Assembly: GCF_963853765.1 (NCBI RefSeq)
Contig: NC_088856.1
Coordinates: 29,636,001-29,700,000 of the forward strand
DNA length: 64,000 bases
Reading direction: 5' to 3'
Source of the DNA: Magallana gigas
Taxonomy: Eukaryota
Shown: piece by piece, positions 62,980-64,000 of the stretch
Layout: the number at the start of each line of letters is the position of its first letter
Position numbering within the stretch: the stretch's first letter is position 1
The notes under the pieces: generated by a model
Told to the model about the DNA's origin: nothing
The model's input: only the letters and a program-made list of their open reading frames with translations
Databases searched by the model: none
Made by a program: the position numbers and the translations under genes

Positions 62980-64000
62980 TCAAATTGTAACCTGGTTGTG
63001 AAAGCTTTCAATGTCAAAAATTGTCAGTTTTAAGTGCATCATTAGAACTTTTATAATTGTCAACAGAAAAAAACAGCATATGTTTATTTTTATGTTTTAT
63101 TTTGATTTTTCAAAAATAACAGATCAGCTGATTCTTTTTAAAAACTTCAAAACAAAGTCTCATAATACAAACATTTATATAATGGACGGACCATATCAGT
63201 GCTAACAGTACAAGACATTCGACAAACTCCGATGTAAACATAAAATCAAGCAATACCAAAGAGGCTATATTCCATTCATCTAAATAACAACATTTTCACA
63301 CGTAATACATAAATAAAATAAACAAAGCAAGTCAGATCACATTTTAAACTGTCATCCCCAGTCAGCAATGTCAGTTTTAATCTCCCTTTTGAAAAAATAA
63401 TCACATATTATTATAAATGCAAGATCTTTTTGTAAAATGATATTTTTTTTTTCAAATATACCAGATCTAATTATTTAATCCAAATAAGATTAAGAAAGCT
63501 CTAGTATTTGTTTATTCTTAATACAAGAATGTTGATGTCATTGTTTTATTTCAGAACAAAATGTTTCAGTAATGCTAAGAAAGACCTCAGGTAACAGATG
63601 GTAAATGTATTACTTCTACATAAGAAAGTACCTTTTTTTAGTAAACATGTACAGGAAAAAAAGGAATAAAGAGGGGACTCTTTTCAATTTTGTAAACAAA
63701 AAGTATCTTACATTTACTCAAAACAATACAAAAATAAAAGATTCTTAACATTTATGGAATGAAAAGATATGTTTATAATCAAATTCAAAATAGTATGCAA
63801 ATTATTTAAACAGATTGATATCAATTTTGACATCGTCTTTATACTTTCAATGATAAAAATATAGATGGCTACATTTTGGAAAACAAATTTCGTACTATTC
63901 TTTTTTTAGTTTCGTTTCTACAAGGAAAAAATATGTGACACGTAGCTATACTATATTAATTACACGTACTAAAGCCTTCTGTAAAATCTGAACAGTCATA

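Overview
AT-rich eukaryotic (intron-containing) genomic DNA with four sized N-gaps. Composition, short introns and repeat content suggest a marine invertebrate, probably a bivalve (inference, not verified). Two loci, both on the minus strand. (1) An 8-exon gene (ATG 18498, stop 6489; 278 aa) that the ORF track misses. It encodes a secreted CAP/SCP (CRISP/GLIPR1-like) protein: signal peptide, CAP domain with a degenerate His/Glu tetrad, Cys-rich hinge, EGF-like module and an acidic ShK/ICR-like module. (2) A tandem array of three intact 5-exon cytosolic sulfotransferase genes (294 aa each; 34395-36916, 43581-45934, 51846-54278). Copies 2 and 3 lie in a ~7 kb, near-identical duplicated block separated by a gap, so they may be a recent duplication or two haplotypes. 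The rest holds non-autonomous TIR elements, long DNA palindromes, a 30-bp palindromic minisatellite, microsatellites and a minimal type I hammerhead ribozyme at ~62.96 kb. All gene models were spliced and translated by hand.
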